From Candidatus Iainarchaeum sp. (GTDB taxonomy: Archaea > Iainarchaeota > Iainarchaeia > JAFGOX01), in NCBI GenBank assembly GCA_016926295.1, contig JAFGOX010000032.1, positions 1-49,728 of the forward strand: DNA of 49,728 nt, read 5' to 3'. The notes beneath the pieces are model-generated. The model was not told where the DNA came from, did not search any database, and saw nothing but the letters and a program-made list of their open reading frames with translations. Shown in pieces: positions 37,603-46,620 of this stretch. How positions within the stretch are numbered: position 1 is the stretch's first letter; each line of letters opens with the position of its first letter. Position numbers and translations under genes: made by a program.

Positions 37603-38925
37603 ATGACAGCTGATATTTTGAACAACCCAGACAAGATTATGTTCTCAATTATGGAACAAACAGGAAAAGCAGAATCTGAAATCCGCGGACTTATTAAGAA
37701 GAAAATTGACGCCTTTGGCGGAATGCTTACAGAAGCCGGGGCAGCATACTCGGTGGCAAACGATTTGGGAGTAAAGATGGGTACGAACGCCCCTAAAAGA
37801 AAAAGATTGAAACTATCTGATTTGGAAGAGGGAATGGAAAATGTGGATGTTGTAGTTTCAGTAAAGCAAGTTTTTGCTCCGCAGACATTTGAAAAGGAAA
37901 ACAAAAAAGGAAGAGTATGCAGTGTAATTGTTACCGATGGGGCAGAAGAAGCAAGATTAAGTTTATGGCATGATGATGTTGATTTGGTAGAGCAGGGAAA
38001 AATAGCAAGCGGAACAACCTTGCTTCTTGAAGGCGCTTATGTGAAACTCTACAATGAGCAGAAGCAGCTTTCTGTGACATCAAAGGGAAACATTGTGATA
38101 AATCCGGAAGGAGAAAACATTAAAGTTCCGAAAATAGAAGTCAGCATGAAAAAGATAAAGGAAATAAAAGTGGGAAATGCGGATGTAAACCTCATTGGGA
38201 AAATAACGTGGATGGGAACATTAAGGACTTTCCAAAGAGACGGACAGCCAGGAAAGGTTGCGAACATAGAACTTGTTGACGGAACAGGAAAAATAAGGGT
38301 TGCGTTATGGGGCGAACACACAAACCTGTTAACAAGGGCGAATGTGGGGGATGTTATTCAGATTAATGGCGGATACGCAAGGGAAGGATTAAACAATGCC
38401 GAAGTGAATGTCGGATGGAGGGGGACATTAATTGTAAATCCCCAGACAGACCTTGCGAAAGAACTTGAAAATGTGAGAGCAGAAGGGCTTGAGAAATTCA
38501 GAATTGACAAACTGGATGACGGCATATCCGGAGAGATAAACGGAATGGTGGTTCACATTTATGATAATAGGTCATTCAACTCCTGCCCGAAATGCAATGG
38601 AAAGACAGAAGGAACAGTCTGCCCGAAATGCGGAAATGTTGAACCCGTAAGCAAAATGATTCTTCCATTCGAGCTTGACGATGGATTCGGATGTATAAGG
38701 TGCGTTGCATTCGGTGTGCAGGCGCAGAAAATACTGGGAATTGAAAAGAATGATGTGAATGCGGATATAAAGCTAAAATCAACTGGAAAAAAGATTGCAA
38801 TAACAGGTACTGCAAGAAAGGATGAGTTCTCTGGCGGGTTAAGCTTCACCTGCAGGAACCTAGTGTCTGACAAAATAGACGCTTTGAAAGAAACAAATGA
38901 AGTCCTGGAAAGGATTTCAGAATGA
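37603..38925 (+). CDS. rpa: Replication protein A (multi-OB-fold, zinc finger)
   Basis: Repeated OB motifs ([39 protein letters not shown]) and CPKC...CPKC. Confidence 0.92.
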   Translation: MTADILNNPDKIMFSIMEQTGKAESEIRGLIKKKIDAFGGMLTEAGAAYSVANDLGVKMGTNAPKRKRLKLSDLEEGMENVDVVVSVKQVFAPQTFEKENKKGRVCSVIVTDGAEEARLSLWHDDVDLVEQGKIASGTTLLLEGAYVKLYNEQKQLSVTSKGNIVINPEGENIKVPKIEVSMKKIKEIKVGNADVNLIGKITWMGTLRTFQRDGQPGKVANIELVDGTGKIRVALWGEHTNLLTRANVGDVIQINGGYAREGLNNAEVNVGWRGTLIVNPQTDLAKELENVRAEGLEKFRIDKLDDGISGEINGMVVHIYDNRSFNSCPKCNGKTEGTVCPKCGNVEPVSKMILPFELDDGFGCIRCVAFGVQAQKILGIEKNDVNADIKLKSTGKKIAITGTARKDEFSGGLSFTCRNLVSDKIDALKETNEVLERISE

Positions 38926-38938
38926 TGGAGGAATTAAA

Positions 38939-39889
38939 ATGTCAGCAAAGAAAATTGAAACTATAGAAGATTTACCTGGCGTAGGTGCCACAACAGCAGA
39001 AAAATTGAGAGCAGCAGGTTATACAAACCTTGAAGCAATAGCCGTAGCTTCACCAATGGAATTAAGTGAAATTGCAGCTTTGGGAGATGCAACAGCAGTA
39101 AAAGCAATAAATGCTGCCAGAGACGCACTTGAAATGGGATATGAAAGTGCAGACAAGATACTAGAGAAGCGAAATCAGATAAAGAAACTTACAGTACCGT
39201 CAGAAGCCTTTAATGTTTTATTGGGCGGAGGACTTGAAACTCAGTCAATAACCGAGGCATACGGACAATATGGCTCAGGAAAAAGCCAGCTTGCCCACCA
39301 GCTTGCAGTAAGCGTACAAGTGCCACTGGAAGAAGGCGGACTTGGTGGAAACTGCTTATTCATCGACACTGAAAACACTTTCCGCCCGGAAAGAATAAAG
39401 CAGATGGCAGAAGCGCGCGGCATGGACCCGGATGAGGTTCTGAAAAACATAATTGTAGGTCGCGCATACAACTCAGACCATCAAATGCTGCTTCTTGAAA
39501 AGGCAAAGGACCTGATTAAGGAGAAAAACATCAAACTAATTGTTGTCGACTCTTTGACCGCGCATTTCAGGGCAGAATACACTGGCCGTGGAAAGCTCGC
39601 AGAAAGACAGCAGAAACTGAACCGGCACATGCATACCCTGCAGAGAGTTGCAGATGTAAACGATTTGGTCATATTTGTAACAAACCAAGTAATGTCAAGG
39701 CCGGACGTTATGTTCGGGGACCCGACTGCGGCAATTGGTGGCCATGTTGTAGCACACACAGCAACCTACAGACTTTATCTCAGAAGAAGCAAAGCAGAGA
39801 AAAGAATAGCAAAACTTGTGGACAGCCCTAACCTTCCGGATGGGGAAGTAGTTTTCAGGGTAACAAGCAACGGAATTGAGGACGAATAG
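38939..39889 (+). CDS. radA: DNA repair recombinase RadA
   Basis: Hh[54 protein letters not shown]; no intein. Confidence 0.98.
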   Translation: MSAKKIETIEDLPGVGATTAEKLRAAGYTNLEAIAVASPMELSEIAALGDATAVKAINAARDALEMGYESADKILEKRNQIKKLTVPSEAFNVLLGGGLETQSITEAYGQYGSGKSQLAHQLAVSVQVPLEEGGLGGNCLFIDTENTFRPERIKQMAEARGMDPDEVLKNIIVGRAYNSDHQMLLLEKAKDLIKEKNIKLIVVDSLTAHFRAEYTGRGKLAERQQKLNRHMHTLQRVADVNDLVIFVTNQVMSRPDVMFGDPTAAIGGHVVAHTATYRLYLRRSKAEKRIAKLVDSPNLPDGEVVFRVTSNGIEDE

Positions 39890-39900
39890 AACAACTGTGC

Positions 39901-39910
39901 CTTTAAATAT
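39901..39910 (+). promoter_or_regulatory. TATA box of the tRNA cluster
   Basis: CTTTAAATAT about 30 nt upstream of tRNA-Ile. Confidence 0.55.
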
Positions 39911-39937
39911 GTTTTTGTGCAGTAAATTATTGAAGAA

Positions 39938-40054
39938 GGGCCTATAGCTCAGCTTGGTTAGAGCGCACGACTGATAATCGTGAGGTCGCCGGTTCAAATC
40001 TGTTTTTCCTTAGTATGATTACGAGGAATTGCAGTGGAAATCCGGCTAGGCCCA
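39938..40054 (+). tRNA. tRNA-Ile(GAT) with 42-nt intron at position 59/60 (39999-40040)
   Basis: Acceptor GGGCCTA/TAGGCCC, anticodon arm CACGA-CT-GAT-AA-TCGTG, T arm GCCGG-TTCAAA^T-CCGGC interrupted by a BHB-forming insert; CCA not encoded. Confidence 0.93.
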
Positions 40055-40065
40055 CTCTTCATTTC

Positions 40066-40140
40066 AGGTCTGTAGCTCAGCCAGGCCAGAGCGCTCGGCT
40101 TTTAACCGAGATGTCGCGGGTTCGAATCCCGCCAGACCTA
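40066..40140 (+). tRNA. tRNA-Lys(TTT)
   Basis: AGGTCTG/CAGACCT, CTCGG-CT-TTT-AA-CCGAG, GCGGG-TTCGAAT-CCCGC. Confidence 0.95.
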
Positions 40141-40147
40141 TTTTTCT

Positions 40148-40273
40148 GCAGGGGTAGCGAAGTCTGGCCAAACGCGCGAGACTCAAGATTGTTGATCTTG
40201 AGACTTGAGCTTGAGCAATGATGATAAATCTCGTCACTTTGTGTGTTCGCCGGTTCGAATCCGGCCCCCTGCA
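40148..40273 (+). tRNA. tRNA-Leu(CAA) with 40-nt intron at position 37/38 (40188-40227)
   Basis: GCAGGGG/CCCCTGC, CGAGA-CT-CAA-G^A-TCTCG, long variable arm, GCCGG-TTCGAAT-CCGGC; relaxed BHB with one mismatch in the central helix. Confidence 0.93.
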
Positions 40274-40316
40274 CGTTTAAAAATCTTTCAACAGGATATA
40301 CTAATATCCTAATTTT

Positions 40317-40391
40317 GCCCAGGTGGTGTAGTCCGGCCTAGCATGCAAGACTGTCACTCTTGCGACTCGGGTTCAAATCCCGGCCTGGGCG
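40317..40391 (+). tRNA. tRNA-Asp(GTC)
   Basis: GCCCAGG/CCTGGGC, CAAGA-CT-GTC-AC-TCTTG, GGTTCAAATCC. Confidence 0.95.
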
Positions 40392-40434
40392 CTTTTTTAT
40401 ACTTTATCTATTTTTATTGTTAATAATACGATTT

Positions 40435-40520
40435 GCAAGGGTAGCGAAGTCTGGCCAAACGCGCTGGATTTAGGGTCCAGTCCCTTTGTGGGTTCGCCGG
40501 TTCGAATCCGGTCCCTTGCA
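40435..40520 (+). tRNA. tRNA-Leu(TAG)
   Basis: GCAAGGG/CCCTTGC, CTGGA-TT-TAG-GG-TCCAG, long variable arm; no intron. Confidence 0.95.
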
Positions 40521-40599
40521 TTAACAATAGGAATTGCAGTCTATGGGGGCGGATAAGGGCTTTATAGACGGAAAGAAGGTTAATTGGATTCGTGAGAAT

Positions 40600-41085
40600 A
40601 TGGTAAAGATACTTTTGTTTACTGAAGGAACAATAATCATGCACAAGGGTGCTTCAGGTCATAAAAGAGAAGATATTGTAAAGCAGGTTAAAAACAAAGA
40701 AAAGACAGTACATGAGTACGAGTCTTATATCCCAATTGGAAATGCAGTTCAAAAATTGAAAAAATGGAAAGAATCAGGAGCTGAAATTTTCTATTTGACT
40801 TCCCGCAAAAAACCTGAAGAGGTTGCACAAATTCAAAGAGTACTTCAAGACTACGATTTTCCAGATGGCAAGTTGCTACACCGAGAAGAAAATGAAGAAT
40901 ATTGTAACGTTGCTGAAAAATGCAATCCAAATATCTTAATTGAGGATGACTGCGAGAGCATTGGTGGAACCGATGAAATGACTATAACTCCTATTAAACC
41001 TGAAATTAAGAGAACAATCAAATCAATACCAATTAAGGAATTTGGAGGGATTGATCATCTACCAGACCGCCCAGAGAATTTATAA
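40600..41085 (+). CDS. Hypothetical protein, HAD-like fold
   Basis: ILLFTEGT (degenerate motif I), YLTSR (motif II), ILIEDD (motif IV); ATG 40600. Confidence 0.65.
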   Translation: MVKILLFTEGTIIMHKGASGHKREDIVKQVKNKEKTVHEYESYIPIGNAVQKLKKWKESGAEIFYLTSRKKPEEVAQIQRVLQDYDFPDGKLLHREENEEYCNVAEKCNPNILIEDDCESIGGTDEMTITPIKPEIKRTIKSIPIKEFGGIDHLPDRPENL

Positions 41086-41131
41086 ATTAAACAACATTAG
41101 TATATAGCGAGTTCGAATATCTTACACAGCA

Positions 41132-41470
41132 TTAAGCATAAGGTTTCATACAACTATAGAAACAATTTATTGCTATAAATATTGCTGCAAACCCCACAAG
41201 CCTGAAAATATCTGACAGCATATGATATATTAGGTAAGAATCAATATGAAATTGTAGATGAAAAAATGATGCTGATGCCAAAAAAAGTATTCCTATAAAT
41301 AAGACCTTCATGACAAACTTAATTTTCTTAATTTTCAGAAAAAGAAGGGCTTGCAACTTTCTCTCATCAAGCTTTGTTATTCTTTTTAAAGTCAAGATTC
41401 CTATAGTAAGCGACAAAATGCCAAAAGCCACTGACAGCATATTGGCAAAGAATGCAATTTCAAGAGTCAT
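41132..41470 (-). CDS. Small membrane protein (3 TM)
   Basis: 112-aa ORF with three hydrophobic segments. Confidence 0.6.
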   Translation of the reverse strand: MTLEIAFFANMLSVAFGILSLTIGILTLKRITKLDERKLQALLFLKIKKIKFVMKVLFIGILFLASASFFHLQFHIDSYLIYHMLSDIFRLVGFAAIFIAINCFYSCMKPYA

Positions 41471-41545
41471 AATTAGACAATAAATTAGAGTTTAAATAAA
41501 CGGCGGTTTTGTAAAAAAGAGAATAGTTAAAAGCATATTTAATAA

Positions 41546-41779
41546 ATGATACTCATGACAAATAAAAGATTATACAGAAATCAGAATGACACAATACTTG
41601 GCGGTGTTGCAAGCGGAATGGCAGAATACTTTGATACTGACCCTACATTAATCAGAATACTCTGGGTTATATTTGGATTAGTCAGCTTGGGAACTGCAAT
41701 TATCCTGTATCTGGCAATGTGGATTATAGTTCCGGAAAAACCAATGGCAACGCCAAAAAAGAAAACTAAGAAGAAATAA
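41546..41779 (+). CDS. PspC domain protein
   Basis: KRLYR...ILGGVASGMAEYFDTDPTLIRILWV...YLAMWIIVP. Confidence 0.93.
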   Translation: MILMTNKRLYRNQNDTILGGVASGMAEYFDTDPTLIRILWVIFGLVSLGTAIILYLAMWIIVPEKPMATPKKKTKKK

Positions 41780-42284
41780 CCCGTTTCCCTTTTGCCTGGG
41801 GAATAATCTTTTTCTTGGATTTTTTAAATTCCTTAGTGAGTTCCTTGCCCTGGAAATATTCATGCAAAAAAACAGCCAATGCGCCCGCTTCTGAATGGGG
41901 CTGGTTTGTAACAGAAACATTCCAGTCGGCAACCTCGTACGCAGCTGGCGGAACTTTAGCAGAGCCAATCACCACAATCAGATTCTTTTCCTTTCTGATA
42001 TCCTTGATTACATCTTGCAATTGCGAACCATAAGCAGTTAGGTGCACAACTTTGCAGTTTTTCTTCTCCTTGTTTACAAAGGGCTTCCATTGCTTGACAT
42101 ATTTTGTTTCAAACGGGCCGCCAAACTGCTCTGTAACTTTGTCCAAACCGGAAAGAAGCTTTCTGTCTTCATCTCCTGAAAGAATGAATTCATCTGCACC
42201 AAACGCCCTTGAAATCAGACCGACATGCGTGGTAAGTCTTGCGTCCCTTGCGATTCTGTGATTTAGCCTTAATACCTTAATCAC
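41766..42284 (-). CDS. trm56: tRNA (cytidine56-2'-O)-methyltransferase
   Basis: VLRLNHRIARDARLTTHVGL..RAFGA, VHLTAYG, ADWNVSVTNQPHSE; GTG 42284 after GGAGG. Confidence 0.94.
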   Translation of the reverse strand: MIKVLRLNHRIARDARLTTHVGLISRAFGADEFILSGDEDRKLLSGLDKVTEQFGGPFETKYVKQWKPFVNKEKKNCKVVHLTAYGSQLQDVIKDIRKEKNLIVVIGSAKVPPAAYEVADWNVSVTNQPHSEAGALAVFLHEYFQGKELTKEFKKSKKKIIPQAKGKRVISS

Positions 42285-43425
42285 CCTGTCCCTCCCTAAG
42301 AGCATCAATCGGCTCAAGCCTTGAGGCCCTGAACGCAGGATATGCTCCGGCGAAAACACTTACACTTATTGCAAATATGAACACCTCTGAAATAAGCATA
42401 GGTGTCATTAACGGATAAAGTCCTGATGCGATTCCTATTAATTCACCAACAAGAATACCAAAAACAATTCCTGCAATTCCCCCAAGCACGCCAAGGAACA
42501 TTGATTCAAGCAGAATCATCTGCATAACATTATTATTTGTCCATCCGACTGCTTTCAGGACTCCTATTTCAGAATATCTTTCCATAACAGACATAAGCAT
42601 TGTATTCATCACCCCTATTCCTGCAACAATTGATGAAATCAATGCGATAACCAAGGTCATAGCTCTAAGGCTGTCTAAAATATCTCCAGTAAGTGCGGCA
42701 GTCTCCTGTGCTGAATAGGCATCAAAATCATCAGGATACTTGAAATCAATTATCTTGTCTATCTTGTCAACGTTTGCGGGGTCTGCGGGCACTACAAAGA
42801 AACTATTGACCTTTCCTTCCTCAAAATCCAAAACTTTTCTTGCATCTTCGATTGGAAGTACGATTACGTTTGAATAAAAATCTGAAGTCACCTCAACAAT
42901 TCCAATAACCTTGAAGCTATAATCATTTATTTTGATTGTAGAATTAACATGCTTTTTTCTGTCATCGGATAATTTTGTAGAAATCAGAACTACGCCTTCA
43001 TCTCCCGACCTTAGCATTCTTCCTTCCTTAAGATTCTGCATTGCTGTTGCAAGAAGGCTGTTCGAAACCTGGCCTGGGTCGGTCCCTATAACAGAAACAG
43101 GTATTCCTCCACTCATGGAATTTCTTTTTCCATCAACAGTCTGCGGAACGCCAAGTATTGTGGGGGTAACGACTTTAACGCCCTGAATTGCTTCAAGCTT
43201 TGACTTATCCGAAAGATTTACAATTGAAAGAGAATCATCTGTAGCCCCATCTTGCATGACATAAACACCCTGCATTCCGCCAACGGCATCAAGGGCAAGC
43301 GCATTTATCCCTTCAACCAAACCAACTAGCACAAGCAAAGCTGCTACGCCTATCATTATTCCCAATAGTGCCAGAACAGTACGCGATTTCCTTCGCAGCA
43401 GGTTTAGAAAGGACATTTTAAACAT
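42277..43425 (-). CDS. ABC transporter permease (MacB/FtsX type)
   Basis: NLLRRKSRTVL, large extracellular domain, NTMLMSVMER..EIGVLKAVGW, YPAFRASRLEPIDALR. Confidence 0.93.
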   Translation of the reverse strand: MFKMSFLNLLRRKSRTVLALLGIMIGVAALLVLVGLVEGINALALDAVGGMQGVYVMQDGATDDSLSIVNLSDKSKLEAIQGVKVVTPTILGVPQTVDGKRNSMSGGIPVSVIGTDPGQVSNSLLATAMQNLKEGRMLRSGDEGVVLISTKLSDDRKKHVNSTIKINDYSFKVIGIVEVTSDFYSNVIVLPIEDARKVLDFEEGKVNSFFVVPADPANVDKIDKIIDFKYPDDFDAYSAQETAALTGDILDSLRAMTLVIALISSIVAGIGVMNTMLMSVMERYSEIGVLKAVGWTNNNVMQMILLESMFLGVLGGIAGIVFGILVGELIGIASGLYPLMTPMLISEVFIFAISVSVFAGAYPAFRASRLEPIDALREGQGD

Positions 43426-44208
43426 TTATTTTTTCCTCTTGCGTTTATTTAGTTCAACTGATTCGCTTTTGTATGCATGGCCGTTTTTTCCGCCAAGGTT
43501 TTCTTCTTCTATCAGCCCATCCCTAATTATAAAAACGCGGTCTGCAAATTCAACCAGACTTGCATCATGCGTGACTATAACAAAGGTTTTTCCTTCTTCT
43601 TCATTTAATTTTCGTATTATCTCCAGAACCTTTTCTCCCGTTTTGGAGTCCAGGTTTCCTGTGGGCTCGTCTGCAAAAATAATTTCAGGGTCATTGATTA
43701 ACGCCCTTGCAATTGAAACTCTTTGCCTTTCCCCGCCACTAAGCTGGTTCGGCTTGTGGTGCGCACGATCCTCTATTCCAACTTCCTTAAGCAGATGCAT
43801 TGCCCTGCGATGTGCGGCCACTTCAGAAACGTTTGTTGGAAGAAGAGGGATATGAACATTCTCAACTGCATCAAGAGTCGGAATAAGATTGAACGACTGG
43901 AAAATAAATCCCATCTTCTTTCTGCGGAGCATAGAAAGATTCCAGGAATCCATCTGCGTGATGTCCAATCCGTCAACAAGAACTTTTCCCTCTGTAGGAA
44001 TGTCCAGCGCACCCATTTGGTGCAAAAGTGTACTCTTCCCGCTTCCTGACGGACCAAGGATGATAATAAGCTCTCCGGGGTACACGTTAAGGCTCACGCC
44101 CCTGAGCGCGTGCACCTTTGTCTCACCCAGCAAATATGTTTTCTTTATTTTCCTGACTTCTATTATGGGTTTTCTCTCTTCTTTTTTAACCTTACCTTTT
44201 TTTACCAT
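43426..44208 (-). CDS. ABC transporter ATP-binding protein (LolD/MacB type)
   Basis: GPSGSGKST, LSGGERQR, ADEPTGNLD, VTHD. Confidence 0.96.
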   Translation of the reverse strand: MVKKGKVKKEERKPIIEVRKIKKTYLLGETKVHALRGVSLNVYPGELIIILGPSGSGKSTLLHQMGALDIPTEGKVLVDGLDITQMDSWNLSMLRRKKMGFIFQSFNLIPTLDAVENVHIPLLPTNVSEVAAHRRAMHLLKEVGIEDRAHHKPNQLSGGERQRVSIARALINDPEIIFADEPTGNLDSKTGEKVLEIIRKLNEEEGKTFVIVTHDASLVEFADRVFIIRDGLIEEENLGGKNGHAYKSESVELNKRKRKK

Positions 44209-44212
44209 TTTA

Positions 44213-45355
44213 TCACTCCGCTCTTAATGCATCAATTGGCTCCATTTTTGAAGCCAAAAATGCAGGATACAATCCAGATATCAAACTTATTGATATTGAG
44301 AATATCATCGCCTCCATAACTAACAGAGGGGTTATAATTGATGTTAATGCTAATGCGCTACTGAGAAATTCAGAGGCCAGGAAACCCAATAGCACACCGC
44401 CAAGGCCACCAAAAAATCCTAGCAACAGGGATTCTAAAAGTATCATTCTTATCACATTATCATTGGTCCAGCCGACTGCTTTCAATACTCCTATTTCCTT
44501 AAATCTTTCCAGAACCGACATCAGTAATGTGTTGAGAACGCCTATTGCAGAAACAACCGCAGCAATAAGGGAAACCAAGAATGCAAAGTTCCTTAGGTTC
44601 TCTATCAAACTGCCAACTTGCTCTATCGCATCCTGACTTGAACGTGCATCCAGGTCATCAGGATACTTGAAATTAATCAGCTTTGCTATTTTTGATGCCT
44701 GCGCCAAATCTGCAGGAATAACAAAAAAGGTTGAAGCCTTATTAGACGGAAAATTACCGATTTCTCTTGCATCATCCATATTCATAACAACCATATTTCC
44801 AAAAATGTTTGAAACCGGTTCAAAGATTCCAACTACTTTATACTTGTCGTTATTGAGTTCAATCTGACTGCCCACATTTTTCTTGAAATCATCGGCCATT
44901 GACTTGGAAATCATTACTACGCCTTCGTCTCCAGGTCTAAGCGTGCGCCCGGTTATAATCTTTTCCAATATTACCGATGCCGAACCCTCACCCAAATCTG
45001 CCAGATCCACGCCATAGCCAACCACTGCCCCGCCAGTAAGCAATTGCGTATTTCCTTCCACCTTTCCGATTGTAATTCGAATCTCGGGAATTGCTTTTCT
45101 GACGCCTGTTACGGACTCTATCTTTTCTTTAAAGGTAATTGGAATCTTGGAACTAAGCGGGCCCATGTAGGTCTGGCCTTTCTGAAATACCATTATGCCC
45201 TGCATATTGCTGAAGGCCGACATTGCTTCCTGATTAACTCCGTCAACAAGACTAACTAGTGCAATAAGTGCTGCGACACCAATAACTAGTCCCAAAAGCG
45301 CAAGGAAGGTACGGGTTTTCCGCCTCCAAAGATTAAGGAAGGCAACTTTTAGCAT
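44213..45355 (-). CDS. ABC transporter permease (MacB/FtsX type), paralogue of 42277-43425
   Basis: NLWRRKTRTFL, NTLLMSVLERFKEIGVLKAVGW, YPAFLASKMEPIDALR. Confidence 0.93.
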   Translation of the reverse strand: MLKVAFLNLWRRKTRTFLALLGLVIGVAALIALVSLVDGVNQEAMSAFSNMQGIMVFQKGQTYMGPLSSKIPITFKEKIESVTGVRKAIPEIRITIGKVEGNTQLLTGGAVVGYGVDLADLGEGSASVILEKIITGRTLRPGDEGVVMISKSMADDFKKNVGSQIELNNDKYKVVGIFEPVSNIFGNMVVMNMDDAREIGNFPSNKASTFFVIPADLAQASKIAKLINFKYPDDLDARSSQDAIEQVGSLIENLRNFAFLVSLIAAVVSAIGVLNTLLMSVLERFKEIGVLKAVGWTNDNVIRMILLESLLLGFFGGLGGVLLGFLASEFLSSALALTSIITPLLVMEAMIFSISISLISGLYPAFLASKMEPIDALRAE

Positions 45356-45364
45356 TTGCCCCCT

Positions 45365-46582
45365 CTAAAACTTCTTCAGCTCTTTCTGGCGCTTCCACCA
45401 TTTCCATCCAAAGAAACCAAGTGCAGCAATCACAATTATCGGAATTAGATAATCCCATATTGTCGGCTGGAGCATTGGTTCAATGTAAACTGAAAATGCT
45501 TTTGAGATAAACTTTGTATCATCATTGTCTCTGTAGGCAACTTTTATTGTAAATGTGTTTGTTCCGGCAGGTATTGTTGCATCTGTTTTGAAATCAATAA
45601 CTGCAGTTCCTGAATCGTCCTCATCAATTGTTCCGACATAAGTTGCAGAAGGGGCAGTCATTCCTTCTGGCGGAATTATTTCAACGTAAACTGCGTCTGC
45701 GGAAACAGAACCTATGTTCTCAAGCTCCAATGATGCTGAGAATGCGTCCCCTTGTCGTATTATTTCCTCATCGTAAGTAAAATTTGAAGGAACTAAATTG
45801 GGGTGACCAATTATCCTTACAGAAATATTTTCTACATCTAAGTTTTCTGATTCATCTTCCACTGTCAAAGTAAATGGAATTACTCCGGGCAATGCATCCC
45901 TGTCAACAATAAAAGAAAAGTCTATATTTCGCTCTTCATTAACCTCAAGGTTTCCCAAGTGCAATGAAAGTTGTGAGGCCGGCAGGATATAGGTTTCATA
46001 GTCGTCAGAGTAAGTTAGTTTTGCAGTAACCTTCTTTGCAACATCATCCCCTGTATTTTTAACTTTTGCACTTATTGTGAATGCTTTGTTCAATTCCACA
46101 TTCTGCGGCTCAATAGAAACAGAAACTATGTCTGGCTCTGAATAGGAAGTTACGTCAATAGTGGCTTTCAGAACGGGGGTTACTTTTGTTTCATTTGAAA
46201 TATACTCCATTTGCAAAGGGATTGCGTAGGTTCCCGGGCTAACATTATCATTTACCTTGAATCTAAATACTACTGTTCCATCCTGGCTAACCCTCAACTG
46301 CGTCAAAGTATCCTCTGTAATAATTCCTGTAAATTCAGAAGGAAGCAAAACTGTTGCAGTAATATCCTTGGTAATAAAACCGTAGCTTGGGTTACTCAAA
46401 ACAATGGATAATGTAACCTCATCACCCGGATGTATGGTACTCGGATAAACTGTTTGAGAGTCAACTAATATTGACTCTGAGTATGCGCTTCCGGATACTC
46501 CGGAAACTGATGGTTGTGCTGCGCAAACAAAATTTGCACAAAATACTACTACAAATATGCTGAGTATAAGTCTGTCATTCAT
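45365..46582 (-). CDS. COG1361-type S-layer-domain/CARDB-repeat surface protein
   Basis: Signal peptide, three Ig-like repeats (PGDEVTL..VLSN; VKNTG; LENIG), C-terminal TM and basic tail; first gene of the ABC operon. Confidence 0.82.
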   Translation of the reverse strand: MNDRLILSIFVVVFCANFVCAAQPSVSGVSGSAYSESILVDSQTVYPSTIHPGDEVTLSIVLSNPSYGFITKDITATVLLPSEFTGIITEDTLTQLRVSQDGTVVFRFKVNDNVSPGTYAIPLQMEYISNETKVTPVLKATIDVTSYSEPDIVSVSIEPQNVELNKAFTISAKVKNTGDDVAKKVTAKLTYSDDYETYILPASQLSLHLGNLEVNEERNIDFSFIVDRDALPGVIPFTLTVEDESENLDVENISVRIIGHPNLVPSNFTYDEEIIRQGDAFSASLELENIGSVSADAVYVEIIPPEGMTAPSATYVGTIDEDDSGTAVIDFKTDATIPAGTNTFTIKVAYRDNDDTKFISKAFSVYIEPMLQPTIWDYLIPIIVIAALGFFGWKWWKRQKELKKF

Positions 46583-46620
46583 ATAAATTCACCCCTAATA
46601 GTATAGACATATTTAAAAAT

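Noticed and set aside
40015..40022. Box C-like ATGATTA in the tRNA-Ile intron
   Set aside because: Imperfect box, located in a hairpin tip, with no properly placed D box or guide complementarity found.
40148..40520. Repeat GGGTAGCGAAGTCTGGCCAAACGCGC and shared T arm as att sites or a CRISPR-like repeat
   Set aside because: Explained by two complete paralogous tRNA-Leu genes; no integrase is present.
39695..40644. ORFs overlapping the tRNA cluster (39695-39997, 40015-40221, 40077-40274, 40420-40644)
   Set aside because: Translations of tRNA genes and their antisense strands.
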